A stretch of 64,000 nucleotides of DNA, taken from contig JBBPEB010000029.1 of NCBI GenBank assembly GCA_039096225.1, forward strand, positions 496,001 to 560,000, in the 5' to 3' direction. A program made the position numbers and the translations under genes. The stretch comes from Blastocystis sp. Blastoise. Its lineage: Eukaryota > Protista > Bigyra: Opalinata. Below are positions 63,547 to 64,000 of the stretch, piece by piece. The first letter of the stretch is position 1; each line of letters starts with the position of its first letter. The notes under the pieces are model-generated. The model was not told the origin of the DNA. It saw nothing but the letters and a program-made list of their open reading frames with translations, and ran no database searches.

Positions 63547-64000
63547 TTGTTTTATAGTTATTTATATTATATTAATTATATGTATATTCTTTTTACATTA
63601 TAAACATACAGACCTTATTTAATAAATATTAATACTATTATTATACTTATTATACTTATTATACTTATTATTATACTTATTATATATATATATAGGGTCA
63701 AGATCCAGCATGTTTACAGAATGTGAATAATCCAGAAACATATCAATTTATAAGCCGATGTATTGATTTTGATCCCGCCAAACGTCCCTCTGCCGCGCAA
63801 TTACTTGAAGATTCATTTCTAGAACCAAAAGAAGATGATCTACAAACTATATATGATGTATATATATTTTATATATATTATATTATTATTATTATATATT
63901 ATATATTATATATTATATATTATATATTATTATATTATTATATTATTATTATTATATTATTAAATATTATGTTTATTATAATATATTATTATTATAGAAT
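62378..64000 (+). CDS. WNK-family Ser/Thr kinase, 3' end runs off the right edge
   Basis: [14 protein letters not shown]...VAWN places the Lys in subdomain I. Also [26 protein letters not shown] and [11 protein letters not shown]. Confidence 0.9.

Overview
Very AT-rich (roughly 20% GC by eye), gene-dense and intron-rich eukaryotic nuclear DNA; most short ORFs in the supplied track are microsatellite artefacts, so I rebuilt genes by splicing by hand. Gene content, compact head-to-head layout and TGTTTGTT just downstream of several genes suggest a Blastocystis-like stramenopile (inference only). I resolve about 21 protein-coding genes: a degenerate kinesin, a degenerate S33-like hydrolase, WDR37, two BAR-SH3 paralogs, THOC3, MRPS15, a YeeE/YedE transporter, a FET-like ZnF/RRM protein, PWP2, AP-4 epsilon, RPP14, an epsinR-like protein, a MYND+ADD protein, CPSF2, EXOC8, LAMTOR4, a PARN-like nuclease, a WNK kinase and two orphans. 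There is also a 1398-bp non-autonomous DNA transposon with 450-bp TIRs and an 8-bp TSD. The most unusual signals are in splicing: (TA)n-bracketed introns including a pure G(TA)32G intron, two U12-type introns with AT-AA and AT-AG ends, and four donors whose +1 G is replaced by the first base of the next exon. CCGCGG also looks strongly over-represented in exons. Family calls come from recalled motifs, not database searches.
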